This document shows positions 1 to 8,401 of a DNA stretch of 64,000 nt, piece after piece. The notes under the pieces are model-generated. The model did no database searches, had not been told where the DNA came from, and saw only the letters and a list, made by a program, of their open reading frames with translations. This DNA comes from an uncultured virus (IMG/VR IMGVR_UViG_3300032227_001252) (Duplodnaviria > Heunggongvirae > Uroviricota > Caudoviricetes): the IMG/VR virus record IMGVR_UViG_3300032227_001252, one strand, 5' to 3'. The stretch's first letter is position 1, and the number at the start of each line of letters is the position of its first letter. Both the position numbers and the translations under genes were made by a program.

Positions 1-190
1 CCTCGCCGTCCAGACTAGCACGACCCGCTCCCGTACGGGGAGCAGCAGTCCCCCCGTCCAGAGGTACGGAAATACCTCATTATCGTAACTCCTACGGAAG
101 TGCCCGTAGAACCTGCGTTTTCGCCGGTTTTGGGCTTTCGATGGCACTCCGCGCGTGTGCGCGCTCGCGGGAGGCGCGTAGGGTGCACCC

Positions 191-670
191 ATGCGGCGAA
201 ACCCCGACTACACCTGCTCCGTCTGCGGCGCGACCTTCCCCAGTAGGTCGCAGCTCAAGAGCCACGCCTACAAGGAACACGAGGTGTACGTCACCGCGGG
301 GAAAGCCCCGACCAGTGTGCTCTACAGCGGTCCGCGGTGGAAGTGCTCCACGTGCGGGGAGGCGTTCTACACGAAGGCTGAACTGTCGAAGCACATGGAT
401 CAGTACGCTAGGCGGTCGGCTGCGAACGCGACGCATGAGTACTTGGCAGAGGTTGCCCGGCGGCAGGCCGCGTACGAGCGCGCGCAGGAAGAACTCATGC
501 GGAGGCAGCGCGCCGCTGCCGTTCAGGAGCGCAGTGTGTCTACCCAGCGCGCGCCCCAGAGAACGGGCGACAAGGGCGGCGCCAATGACATCGTGGTGTT
601 GGCGACGTTGGCTATGCTCGCCGGCGGGCTCATGCTCGCGAATGATCGCAAGAAGGCAAAGAAGAAGTAG
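191..670 (+). CDS. C2H2 zinc-finger protein with C-terminal membrane anchor, starts M-RRNP
   Basis: CSVCGATFPSRSQLKSHAYKEH is a canonical C-x2-C-x3-F-x5-L-x2-H-x4-H finger; second finger CSTCGEAFYTKAELSKH lacks the last His; hydrophobic IVVLATLAMLAGGLMLA followed by DRKKAKKK. Confidence 0.75.
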   Translation: MRRNPDYTCSVCGATFPSRSQLKSHAYKEHEVYVTAGKAPTSVLYSGPRWKCSTCGEAFYTKAELSKHMDQYARRSAANATHEYLAEVARRQAAYERAQEELMRRQRAAAVQERSVSTQRAPQRTGDKGGANDIVVLATLAMLAGGLMLANDRKKAKKK

Positions 671-688
671 ACCGGTTACTGTCGGGGC

Positions 689-1291
689 ATGGAAGACACC
701 CCCTTCGCTGAAGCCGAGCGTGTGTTCGAGCACGTTCTTGATCTGATGGAGCAGGCCATTGAGGCCAAGTACCCGGGTGCAGGCGCGCTCCAGTACCACT
801 TCCACTGGATGGGCGATCTGGCCGAGTACCGGCGCATCGGAGCCACCTTCAGGGACGCGCAGGATCGCTCCCGCGAGGCGGTTTTCCACCTGCCGGGCTC
901 CACAGCGTTCACCTCCCACACGCGGGAGCGGCTACTCAGCAGCGAGCTGCAGTTGACGAGTCAAGACTACGCGCTGTTCCTCGACCTCGTGCACCTGGGC
1001 GGGTGCATCGGCTGCTGGAAGGTGGACGGCTTGATGTCGAAGAAGGCCAACGCGGAGGTGTACGGGCCCGGCATCACGTTGGGCCCCCTGCCGATCCAGC
1101 GCTACACCTACATCACGCCACTCGCCATCCTGGCCGCGTTTGCGGGAGGGACGCTCGAAGAGGCATGGCCTGACCGCAGGTTCCACATCGAGACCGCGTG
1201 GTACTTGTGGCAGGCGCGCCACGCCGAAGTGCGCGTAGCAGAGACCCCTGACGTCTTCCCTGAGGATCTGGACGCGCCCTCGTACCTGTAG
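689..1291 (+). CDS. hypothetical protein
   Basis: 200-aa ORF with protein-like composition, directly after the zinc-finger gene. Confidence 0.65.
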   Translation: MEDTPFAEAERVFEHVLDLMEQAIEAKYPGAGALQYHFHWMGDLAEYRRIGATFRDAQDRSREAVFHLPGSTAFTSHTRERLLSSELQLTSQDYALFLDLVHLGGCIGCWKVDGLMSKKANAEVYGPGITLGPLPIQRYTYITPLAILAAFAGGTLEEAWPDRRFHIETAWYLWQARHAEVRVAETPDVFPEDLDAPSYL

Positions 1292-1353
1292 GTGTGCTAC
1301 CAGGAGGCCTCGGCGGGCCGCAGGACTGCTACACCTTGACACGAGAGGACATC

Positions 1354-1761
1354 ATGGCCCGCACCACTCTTCGAGCACTTCGGACCCGCATCGACACCAT
1401 CAACTCCGCGCTCGTGAACGCGGAGGCGCAGCTCCGCCGGCACTACGCGATGGGCGCTTTTTTCCGCGACCCGCGCTCCATCGAGCTTGAGGCGCAGGTC
1501 AAGATGCTGGAAGAAGCTGCGATGAAGGCAGCGGAAGAGGCGTACATGGTCTACCGCAACGAGGATGTGGCTATGGAGGCTGCACGGCACTCCGCCCCTG
1601 CCCTCCAGCGCCTCAGCGAACTCATCCGCAAGAAGGATAGCATCCGCTCCTCGCGGAACATCACGTTCCGCCGGAACCCGAACCGCGAGCTCGACCTGCA
1701 GCCCGATTCGCGCTCGATGGCTCAGGGGAACATGATGCGCAAGGCCTGGATGCGTGGGTAG
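1354..1761 (+). CDS. hypothetical coiled-coil protein with RRNP motif near C-terminus
   Basis: GAGGA RBS before ATG 1354; helical composition; TFRRNPNRE. Confidence 0.65.
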   Translation: MARTTLRALRTRIDTINSALVNAEAQLRRHYAMGAFFRDPRSIELEAQVKMLEEAAMKAAEEAYMVYRNEDVAMEAARHSAPALQRLSELIRKKDSIRSSRNITFRRNPNRELDLQPDSRSMAQGNMMRKAWMRG

Positions 1762-1764
1762 AAG

Positions 1765-1841
1765 TGGCTCCCGCTCCCTGACTCGAACAGGGGACCCCTT
1801 CGTTAACAGCGAAGTGCTCTAACCAACTGAGCTAAGCGGGA
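1765..1841 (-). tRNA. tRNA-Asn(GTT)
   Basis: Reverse strand TCCCGCTTAGCTCAGTTGGTTAGAGCA-CTTCG-CTGTTAA-CGAAG...GTTCGAGTC...AGCGGGAGCCA folds as a cloverleaf with encoded CCA. Confidence 0.95.
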
Positions 1842-1866
1842 ACGTGAGGACGCCTAACCGGTCGGG

Positions 1867-3417
1867 TCAGAAGATGTCGATCTCAATGACCATGTCTGCG
1901 GCGGCGCCCGCGGCCGGGATGCCGTCCGTCTGAACGGCGAGGTACTCGCCCTGTAGGAAGTCCACGCTGACGCCGTACTGCACCGCCGAGGTGCTGGCGC
2001 CGCTCACGGTCGCCGTCATCACGGTCGCAACCCCGCTGCCCGCTACACCTGTGGTGCTCTTCAAGACGGTGACGACGACGGCGTTCGCGCCACCCGGAGC
2101 CACACGCATGTTGATGGACATGCCCTGCACGATGCTTCGCTGCTGGAAGCGATAGAACACTTGCGTAGTGTCAGCGGTGTTCTGCACGCCCGGCCAGTAG
2201 TACCGGATGGCATCGTTGACGTTGCCTTGGAGGCCATAGATGATCGTCGTGGGGGTGACGTAGGTCGTGAACGGCTTGCCCCCGGCCGTCTTGTTGATGA
2301 GATCTACACCCGGCCCCAACTGTATGCCCTTATTGGTGATGACGCCGACAACTGGCAGGGTTTGAAGGATGTCGCTCCCCGTGTACCCGCCCGCTGTTGA
2401 CGGGCCGCTGAGAGATGATGTGCGGAACTCTGCATCGGCGTCGTTGTTGGTCGTCTCCACTCCCACGTATGAGCCGGTCGATCCAGCGTCAGTCGGAGCG
2501 GAGACGTACACGTTCGTGTCCCGGAACGTGATGTCGTTGGCTCCGCTGACGAGGATGCCTCGCTTCGCACCGCCCCCGTTGCTGAACACGTTGATTGTGA
2601 CGCCACGGGTGAAGTTGAAGGAAAAAGTGCCCGGCCCGAGCGTCCCGGTTCCGTCGTCAAGGACGCCGTAGACGTTCGTCGTCGTGCCCACCGCGAGGCC
2701 TGCGTTGTTCACGGTCACGACACAGGTTCGCAGTTTTGACGTGTTGCTCGTCGTGTTCGGCGTGCGGACGCCGACGAGGTTCGTCGTGGCGTTGGCGGAC
2801 GTAAGTGTGAGGGTCACGTCCTCCACGCGGGTGTTCTCGCCCATCGTGAGCAGCGTCGCCGTTCCGCCGGGAACAGAAGCGTTCCAGGTGATGCGCGTGG
2901 TCTGCGTGTTCAGACCTCGTATGGCGCAGGTGTCGGGGATCGTGAGGCCGCTCGTCAGCGCGTAGGTGCCGGGAAGGATCCAGCACGTCACTCCGCCTGC
3001 CGGGAGGACGAGCGTCCCCATGTAGGTCAGCGCCGCGTTGACCGTCTGAAACGGCAGTCCGTTCAACGCTCCCGTGGCATCGTTCCCGTTGATCTGGTCA
3101 ACAACGACGACGTTGCCGAGCTTCGGGGACGCGAGGCTGGACAGGCCGAGCGCTGTCCACCCTGAACCCTGAACGTTCCCTGCGCTGGTGTTGACGTACA
3201 CGGTTCCGTTCTGCGGATCCATGGCCAGGGAGCCACCGAAGTCGCTCACGGACCCGTTCGGGTTCGCCGTGACGCGTCGGATGACCGGGCCGAGCTTCTG
3301 CACGAACGCGCCCGTGTTCTGGATGGTGTTCGACACGATGGCTGCGCCGATGCCGATGACATCGTCGAGCCCTTTCGCGAAGATGCCCTTCCCCGGGCCG
3401 GTATAGAAAACCGCCAC
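1867..3417 (-). CDS. putative spike/fibre protein with beta-helix (pectin lyase-like) region
   Basis: GNDATG...PFQTVNAAL...ILPGTY motif typical of the start of a parallel beta-helix; G/T/S/N-rich beta composition. Confidence 0.6.
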   Translation of the reverse strand: MAVFYTGPGKGIFAKGLDDVIGIGAAIVSNTIQNTGAFVQKLGPVIRRVTANPNGSVSDFGGSLAMDPQNGTVYVNTSAGNVQGSGWTALGLSSLASPKLGNVVVVDQINGNDATGALNGLPFQTVNAALTYMGTLVLPAGGVTCWILPGTYALTSGLTIPDTCAIRGLNTQTTRITWNASVPGGTATLLTMGENTRVEDVTLTLTSANATTNLVGVRTPNTTSNTSKLRTCVVTVNNAGLAVGTTTNVYGVLDDGTGTLGPGTFSFNFTRGVTINVFSNGGGAKRGILVSGANDITFRDTNVYVSAPTDAGSTGSYVGVETTNNDADAEFRTSSLSGPSTAGGYTGSDILQTLPVVGVITNKGIQLGPGVDLINKTAGGKPFTTYVTPTTIIYGLQGNVNDAIRYYWPGVQNTADTTQVFYRFQQRSIVQGMSINMRVAPGGANAVVVTVLKSTTGVAGSGVATVMTATVSGASTSAVQYGVSVDFLQGEYLAVQTDGIPAAGAAADMVIEIDIF

Positions 3418-3618
3418 TTACCCCTCCACGGAGAATGCGCCGAGGTTCACTCCGTTCGCGTCCCAGCAGACGATTACGGCGTCAGGAAGCGTAGTCCACG
3501 GACAGGGGATGTCAGCGGTGAGCGTGGCCGCGAACGTGGCGTAGACTTCCATCCGGACTGTGCCGGGACAGAGATCGTAAGCCGCCTGTACTTGCTGGGG
3601 AAAGGTTGCCATGGTCAC
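3418..3618 (-). CDS. small hypothetical protein
   Basis: 66-aa ORF coupled to both neighbours. Confidence 0.5.
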   Translation of the reverse strand: MTMATFPQQVQAAYDLCPGTVRMEVYATFAATLTADIPCPWTTLPDAVIVCWDANGVNLGAFSVEG

Positions 3619-4658
3619 ACCGTGAGGACAGCAGCGTCCTGAGCTGTGGTCTGTGAGTACGCGCTTGCGACGTAACCGAGGGTCACGCCGCCGTTAGAGA
3701 GGACCTGCCCAGTGATGCCATCGCGGGACAGCCAGATCTCCCGGAGTCGAACAGGTGCAGGGAATGAAGTGGCCAGCAGGCCGGATGCGTAAACCGGGAT
3801 CAGCGGTACCTCGCTGCCGCGATTGAGGAAAGTAGTCGCAGGCGTGAAAGAGCCGAATCGCTGGTAGCCGCTTATCGTGGCGGTGCCGGGGATGAAGCAG
3901 CCGAACCGGGACTGGCCTGCGATGGATGTCTCGTAGAACGCGGCGTCTCCGGTGTTGGACCACATGTTGATGGCGTTGTAATTGTTACTCCCGCTGGTGA
4001 ACACGCCGTAGATGCGTCCGTCAGACTCCCCGATGGAATCGATACCCGGATCTCCGAGCGCCCCGGCTCCGCTCCAGGAGGTATCAGGGCTGGGAGCTGT
4101 TCTGCCAAAAGAGACGACGATCGCCTCCGGGCTCTCCCACATGTAGACACGGTTCCAGTTTGCAGTCACAGGCAGAACGAATGCTCGAGCAAACCCGGAC
4201 GCCTGGCCGGTCGTGAAAGGAAGAAGGCCGTTCCAACCGAGATTGAGAGCGGGGTTCGCGTTGTTGTACGCCCCCGGGTTCTTGATGACGCCGCAGTACA
4301 GCATCGACGCAGTACGAGCGTCGGTCTGGCCGTACACGTACTGCTGCATCGACGTCGGAGCTGCCGTGGAGCCGCACCAGGTGATGACTTGTGGCACTAC
4401 GCTCCCGAGAGGAGGCGCGTACCCCGCTGTCGGAGGGAAAGCCCACACCGCGGTCGTGGCTCCGGGCTGGAGCGCGTTCGTCGTGTCCAGATTCCCTGTC
4501 CACTTCCATGCACTGTCGGTGCCCTGCACTCTGGCTGAGCCGTCAGCGTACGTGGCCGCTGTCCCCGCCGCGTAGAGGGCATCCATCGCGGCGTTGACGG
4601 TGTTTGCCGACAGCGTCACGGGTGAGAGTGCGCGCCACTTGAGGGTGGGAACAGGCAT
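3615..4658 (-). CDS. putative virion structural protein, paralog of 4660..5694
   Basis: Shares PTLxWR, TYADGSxR, SAWxW, ExDGRxYGV, RFGxFTP and LRxIxxxRD with the neighbouring ORF. Confidence 0.65.
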   Translation of the reverse strand: MPVPTLKWRALSPVTLSANTVNAAMDALYAAGTAATYADGSARVQGTDSAWKWTGNLDTTNALQPGATTAVWAFPPTAGYAPPLGSVVPQVITWCGSTAAPTSMQQYVYGQTDARTASMLYCGVIKNPGAYNNANPALNLGWNGLLPFTTGQASGFARAFVLPVTANWNRVYMWESPEAIVVSFGRTAPSPDTSWSGAGALGDPGIDSIGESDGRIYGVFTSGSNNYNAINMWSNTGDAAFYETSIAGQSRFGCFIPGTATISGYQRFGSFTPATTFLNRGSEVPLIPVYASGLLATSFPAPVRLREIWLSRDGITGQVLSNGGVTLGYVASAYSQTTAQDAAVLTV

Positions 4659-4659
4659 G

Positions 4660-5694
4660 TCAGTAGGCCAGAATGACGGCGTCTGTAGCCGTGGTCAGGG
4701 ACGCGCTCCACAGGTATCCCTTGGGCGTGGCCCCCGCCTGCCACTCGTTCCCCGTTACGGAGTCACGCGTGATGAAGATCTGACGCAGCTGACCGATGTA
4801 CTGCGTGCCGTTCGTCACCTGGATGGGGATCTGCGGAATGTCGCCCACTCTCGACAGGAAGCCTGCCCCAGGAGTGAAGTTGCCGAAGCGAAGCGTCTGC
4901 GTCAGTGTTCCTGCGCCAGGAGTGAACGTGGAGAAGTGGATGTCTCCCGTGCTGTTGCTGTTGTAGAACATCGGGCCAGAGGCCGCCGCTACAACGGAGA
5001 GCGAGTTGTTGCCGAGGTAGTTGCCGGATCCCGATGTGGACACGCCGTAGAGGCGCCCATCCGTCTCTGCATTCGCTGCGTTCGTCGAGAGGGGGTCAAC
5101 AAACGCCCCCGCGAAACCGCCCGAAGCGTTGGTCCCGTTGAGGAACTGGATGGCAATGGCCTCCTCGCACTCCCACATGTAGACGTAGGAGTAGAGGTTG
5201 ATGCCCGACGTGATGTAGCCGAAGCCCGTGAAGTCACCCACGTTGAAGGGGGTGGTCGGACTGTTCCATCCTTGGTACAGGCCCGAGTTCTTGGCCACGC
5301 CGATGTAGAGGAAGTTCGCCAGGCGAGTGTCGGAGGAGAGCTGTTTCCACGCAGCGCCGGGGGCGTTGGAGGTGCCGCCGATGATGACCTGCTGGTTCAG
5401 TGCTCCACCCGCGGCCGGAGGGACGGCGTAGACTGACGTCTTGTTGCCTGTCCCAAAGGTCGTCGCATCGAAGTTCCACGTCCATGCGCTCCCTGTGCCG
5501 AGCGAAGTCGGACCTGCTGCAAGGGGAACTTGACCCACGTTGGGGCCGGCGTAGGATCCCGGAGACCGCGGACTTCCGTCAGCATAGGTAGTGGAGAGCC
5601 CCATCGTGTAGATGGCGTCGAGAAAGCCTGCCGTGTTCTGGATCGGCACGACAGCCGGGGGGAGCAGACGCCAGTGAAGGGTGGGGTTTGCCAT
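4660..5694 (-). CDS. putative virion structural protein, paralog of 3615..4658
   Basis: Collinear similarity to the adjacent ORF along its whole length. Confidence 0.65.
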   Translation of the reverse strand: MANPTLHWRLLPPAVVPIQNTAGFLDAIYTMGLSTTYADGSPRSPGSYAGPNVGQVPLAAGPTSLGTGSAWTWNFDATTFGTGNKTSVYAVPPAAGGALNQQVIIGGTSNAPGAAWKQLSSDTRLANFLYIGVAKNSGLYQGWNSPTTPFNVGDFTGFGYITSGINLYSYVYMWECEEAIAIQFLNGTNASGGFAGAFVDPLSTNAANAETDGRLYGVSTSGSGNYLGNNSLSVVAAASGPMFYNSNSTGDIHFSTFTPGAGTLTQTLRFGNFTPGAGFLSRVGDIPQIPIQVTNGTQYIGQLRQIFITRDSVTGNEWQAGATPKGYLWSASLTTATDAVILAY

Positions 5695-6155
5695 CAGACA
5701 AAGGCTCCTGTCACTACGAGGGCGGTGGCGGCAGGGATGACGTTGCCCCCTGCTGGAGCGTACTGCACTTCGAGGGTCTTGCTGTCAAGGAACGCGACTG
5801 CGGCTGCCATCGCGAGGAACTTGAGCTGGCCCCCGCTGAATGTAAGAACAGTGCCGTCTACGGTAGCCTGCACGTCCAGAGACACTCCCGACGGGCTGAA
5901 ACAAGCGACGCTGTTTGCGGTTCCTGTGTGTCCGGAAGAGGCCCAGTCGAGGGTAGAGAGCGAGGGGTGCGCCGTGATGCCGCCTGCAAGCACCCACGTA
6001 GCGGCACCGGCTGCGGCGGAGGAGCAGATGTAGACAGCGTCGGGAGTCGCGCTCGTGTTCACCCACACGGAGCCGACGACGAAGCCTCTCGTGCTGTCAT
6101 CTGCTACGGTCGGGGTCGTACCCCTGACGACTTGAGGGGAAACCTTGAAGCTCAT
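5694..6155 (-). CDS. putative fibre-associated structural protein
   Basis: PTVADDSTRGFVVGSVWVNTS...AATW motif of a kind seen in phage fibre proteins; ATGA overlap with the upstream gene. Confidence 0.55.
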   Translation of the reverse strand: MSFKVSPQVVRGTTPTVADDSTRGFVVGSVWVNTSATPDAVYICSSAAAGAATWVLAGGITAHPSLSTLDWASSGHTGTANSVACFSPSGVSLDVQATVDGTVLTFSGGQLKFLAMAAAVAFLDSKTLEVQYAPAGGNVIPAATALVVTGAFV

Positions 6156-7378
6156 GTGATCCACCAGTTCGTACCGTCGCTCACGACGGTGATGCTGTCG
6201 TAAGATCCTGCGGCAAGGGCGATGCCCGTTGCCGCGGCCACTCCATCAATCGTACCACCCGCAGAGGTCACTGTGACGACATTGACGGAGGTGTTGATGC
6301 GCTTGACCGTATAGTCCCGTCCGATGACCACACCGACGGCGTTTGCTGCAGGGAGCTGGATCGTCTGCGGGTTTCCGGGGTTGGCCAGCACGATCGTCGT
6401 CGATGCTGCCATGACGTAGTTGACTGCGGACGTGGTGACGAGGGACGGCACCAGAGGCGCTGTTCCAGCGGTCACCGCGGTCACCCGCCCGTACGCGTCG
6501 GTCGTCACGCTGGCGGGGTAGGCATACACCCCAGCAGTGCCCGCGGTAGCGAGGTCGAGCGTGTAGTTGCCGCCAGCCCCGCCGTCGGTAGCAGCCAGCC
6601 GGGCTGCCGGAACGAAGCGCCGCTCGTTCGGGAGACCGGCATCCAGAGCCAGGGTGAGGTACTGTGCCGTAGCCGGAGCGATCGCGGGCCCGTTCGCGGC
6701 CGCGGTGATGCGACCGTTGACATCAACTGTGAGGCTGGTGTTGGTGTAGGAGGCCGCGACCACACCCGTGACCGGAAGGTCGACGATGAAGTTGCCCCCG
6801 GCTCCACCGTCAGCGATGTTGAGCGTGGTGGACGTGAACAGCCGCTCGTCCGAGAGGCCTCCACTCAAAACGGCTACGAGGTACGCCCCGTTCGCGGGCG
6901 CGGCGGCGGGAATAGCAGACCAGGTCGGCGATGCTCCTGCCCCTCCTGACGTCAGCACCTGACCGAGGAGACCGGAGGCGCTGTTGATCTGAAGGTCGAG
7001 GATGTCGAGGTTCAGGGGTGCGTCTGCTGCCCCGTTCTTGACGCTCAGGGTGCCGCTGTTGTTGGTGCTGAACTTCAGCAACGCGGCACCGAGCGACGAG
7101 CTGAGCAGCCCGCCGTTCGACACAACGAGGTCGGTTCCACTCCAGGTGAAGTTCTGCGAGCCCCCGAACGAGCCCGCGTTGTTGAACTGCACCGAGGTGA
7201 ACGGTAGAGACGGCGTTCCGCCTCCGCCTCCGCCACCGGGAATGGTGACCGTAAGGGAGCCGTCTGGCTGCAGCGCCGCTGTCACGCCTGCGCCGACGAA
7301 GTTCAGGATGCCGGTGAACCCGAGGTTCGTCCCGTCATCCTTCGCGAACACGCCGGTGAGTTCGTACTGGGTCGCCAT
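6152..7378 (-). CDS. tail-fibre-like protein with duplicated internal module
   Basis: Gly-rich; VQFNNAGSFGG; two copies of YL...LxxER...DGGAGGN...TVDxxGRxTA; C-terminal fibre-tip-like SITVVSDGTNWWI. Confidence 0.65.
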   Translation of the reverse strand: MATQYELTGVFAKDDGTNLGFTGILNFVGAGVTAALQPDGSLTVTIPGGGGGGGTPSLPFTSVQFNNAGSFGGSQNFTWSGTDLVVSNGGLLSSSLGAALLKFSTNNSGTLSVKNGAADAPLNLDILDLQINSASGLLGQVLTSGGAGASPTWSAIPAAAPANGAYLVAVLSGGLSDERLFTSTTLNIADGGAGGNFIVDLPVTGVVAASYTNTSLTVDVNGRITAAANGPAIAPATAQYLTLALDAGLPNERRFVPAARLAATDGGAGGNYTLDLATAGTAGVYAYPASVTTDAYGRVTAVTAGTAPLVPSLVTTSAVNYVMAASTTIVLANPGNPQTIQLPAANAVGVVIGRDYTVKRINTSVNVVTVTSAGGTIDGVAAATGIALAAGSYDSITVVSDGTNWWIT

Positions 7379-7434
7379 GGTACTCCCATCAGGAGACTAC
7401 CGCTTCCGCGCCCAGGGCTGGGCCGCAGAGGGCC

Positions 7435-7638
7435 CTACGTCATCTCGAAGGTGCACTCCGTACACCTGAACGTGAACCCGTCGATGCCACGCCAGAAGCC
7501 CGTACCGTCGCAAGCCGGGCACGTCGCGCCTGTGCGCGGGGCCGTGGCGGCATCCGCTTTGCGTTCCTCTCGCGGTGTGTTCTCTGGCTGCTGATCGGGG
7601 GAGGCGTCCGCAACAGCAACGATGACTGGGAAGCTCAT
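7435..7638 (-). CDS. small zinc-ribbon protein
   Basis: CPACDGTG and CTEC pairs. Confidence 0.5.
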   Translation of the reverse strand: MSFPVIVAVADASPDQQPENTPREERKADAATAPRTGATCPACDGTGFWRGIDGFTFRCTECTFEMT

Positions 7639-7997
7639 GCACGCCTCGGGGTGCGCTCTTCGAGCGCCTTGACCGCTGCGTCAAGATCTCGCTGGAGTTC
7701 TTCGCAGCGGAGGCGGGCACTGACAAGCTGATCTTCGAGGGTCAGGATCTTGTTAGCGTCCATCGAGCGCTCGCCCCTGATCTTCTTGGCTTCAGCCCGA
7801 GACTCGTTGGCCTGAGCGATGAGCATGGAGATGATGGGCGCGGCCTCGGCGATGAACTCCGCGTCTCGAGCCCGCTGCATATTCGCAACCATCTGACCTG
7901 AGCGCGTCTTCACGGAGAAGCCCGTGGCAACCCACTCCCCGCCAGTGATCTCTGCAAGGTGCTTCTGGCCGCGTGCGACCGGATCCGAGAAGTTCAT
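7635..7997 (-). CDS. hypothetical coiled-coil protein
   Basis: DAEFIAEA motif followed by a heptad-rich C-terminus; ATGA coupling. Confidence 0.55.
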   Translation of the reverse strand: MNFSDPVARGQKHLAEITGGEWVATGFSVKTRSGQMVANMQRARDAEFIAEAAPIISMLIAQANESRAEAKKIRGERSMDANKILTLEDQLVSARLRCEELQRDLDAAVKALEERTPRRA

Positions 7998-8302
7998 CGA
8001 CGGTTCCTCTTCTGCTTGGGCTCTTCGGTCACGGGCGCAGCAGCCGCTTCAGCAGCCTCGACAGCCGCAATCATGTCCATCGGACCCGTGTCCTCGTACT
8101 GGCCGGCCATGTACGACACGAGGTCAGCGACCTTGAACGACCACAGCGAGGGCAAGAACACTCGCCCACCGGGCAAGGAGACCGGGAAGTTCGAGATGCC
8201 CGTCGCGACCAGGTACCCGGGCAGGGCGTTGTCTGCTGTAAGGTTCTCTGCGGTGAAGCTGGTCTGACCCGTGGGTCCGTTCACAGTGATGAAAAGCGGC
8301 AC
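7994..8302 (-). CDS. hypothetical protein
   Basis: GGAGG RBS before GTG; coupled to the downstream ORF. Confidence 0.55.
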   Translation of the reverse strand: MPLFITVNGPTGQTSFTAENLTADNALPGYLVATGISNFPVSLPGGRVFLPSLWSFKVADLVSYMAGQYEDTGPMDMIAAVEAAEAAAAPVTEEPKQKRNRR

Positions 8303-8343
8303 AGTGCCTCCACAGCCCTTCTATCCCTGTGCACTCGAACGCG

Positions 8344-8374
8344 AAAGGGCCGCCGGAGCGAACTCCGACGGCCC
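8344..8374 (-). terminator. probable intrinsic terminator
   Basis: GGGCCGTCGGAG-TTCG-CTCCGGCGGCCC followed by TTT on the minus strand, just after the 594-aa fibre gene. Confidence 0.65.
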
Positions 8375-8401
8375 AGTCGTTACGCCATCAGGCGTGGGCT
8401 A

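Noticed and set aside
1..190. Non-coding start of the window with a GCTCCC/GGGAGC hairpin, as origin or genome end
   Set aside because: No iterons or AT-rich unwinding element visible; upstream context is missing
1765..1841. tRNA-Asn as a prophage attachment site
   Set aside because: No integrase, no duplicated tRNA 3' end in the window, and viral-type genes on both sides
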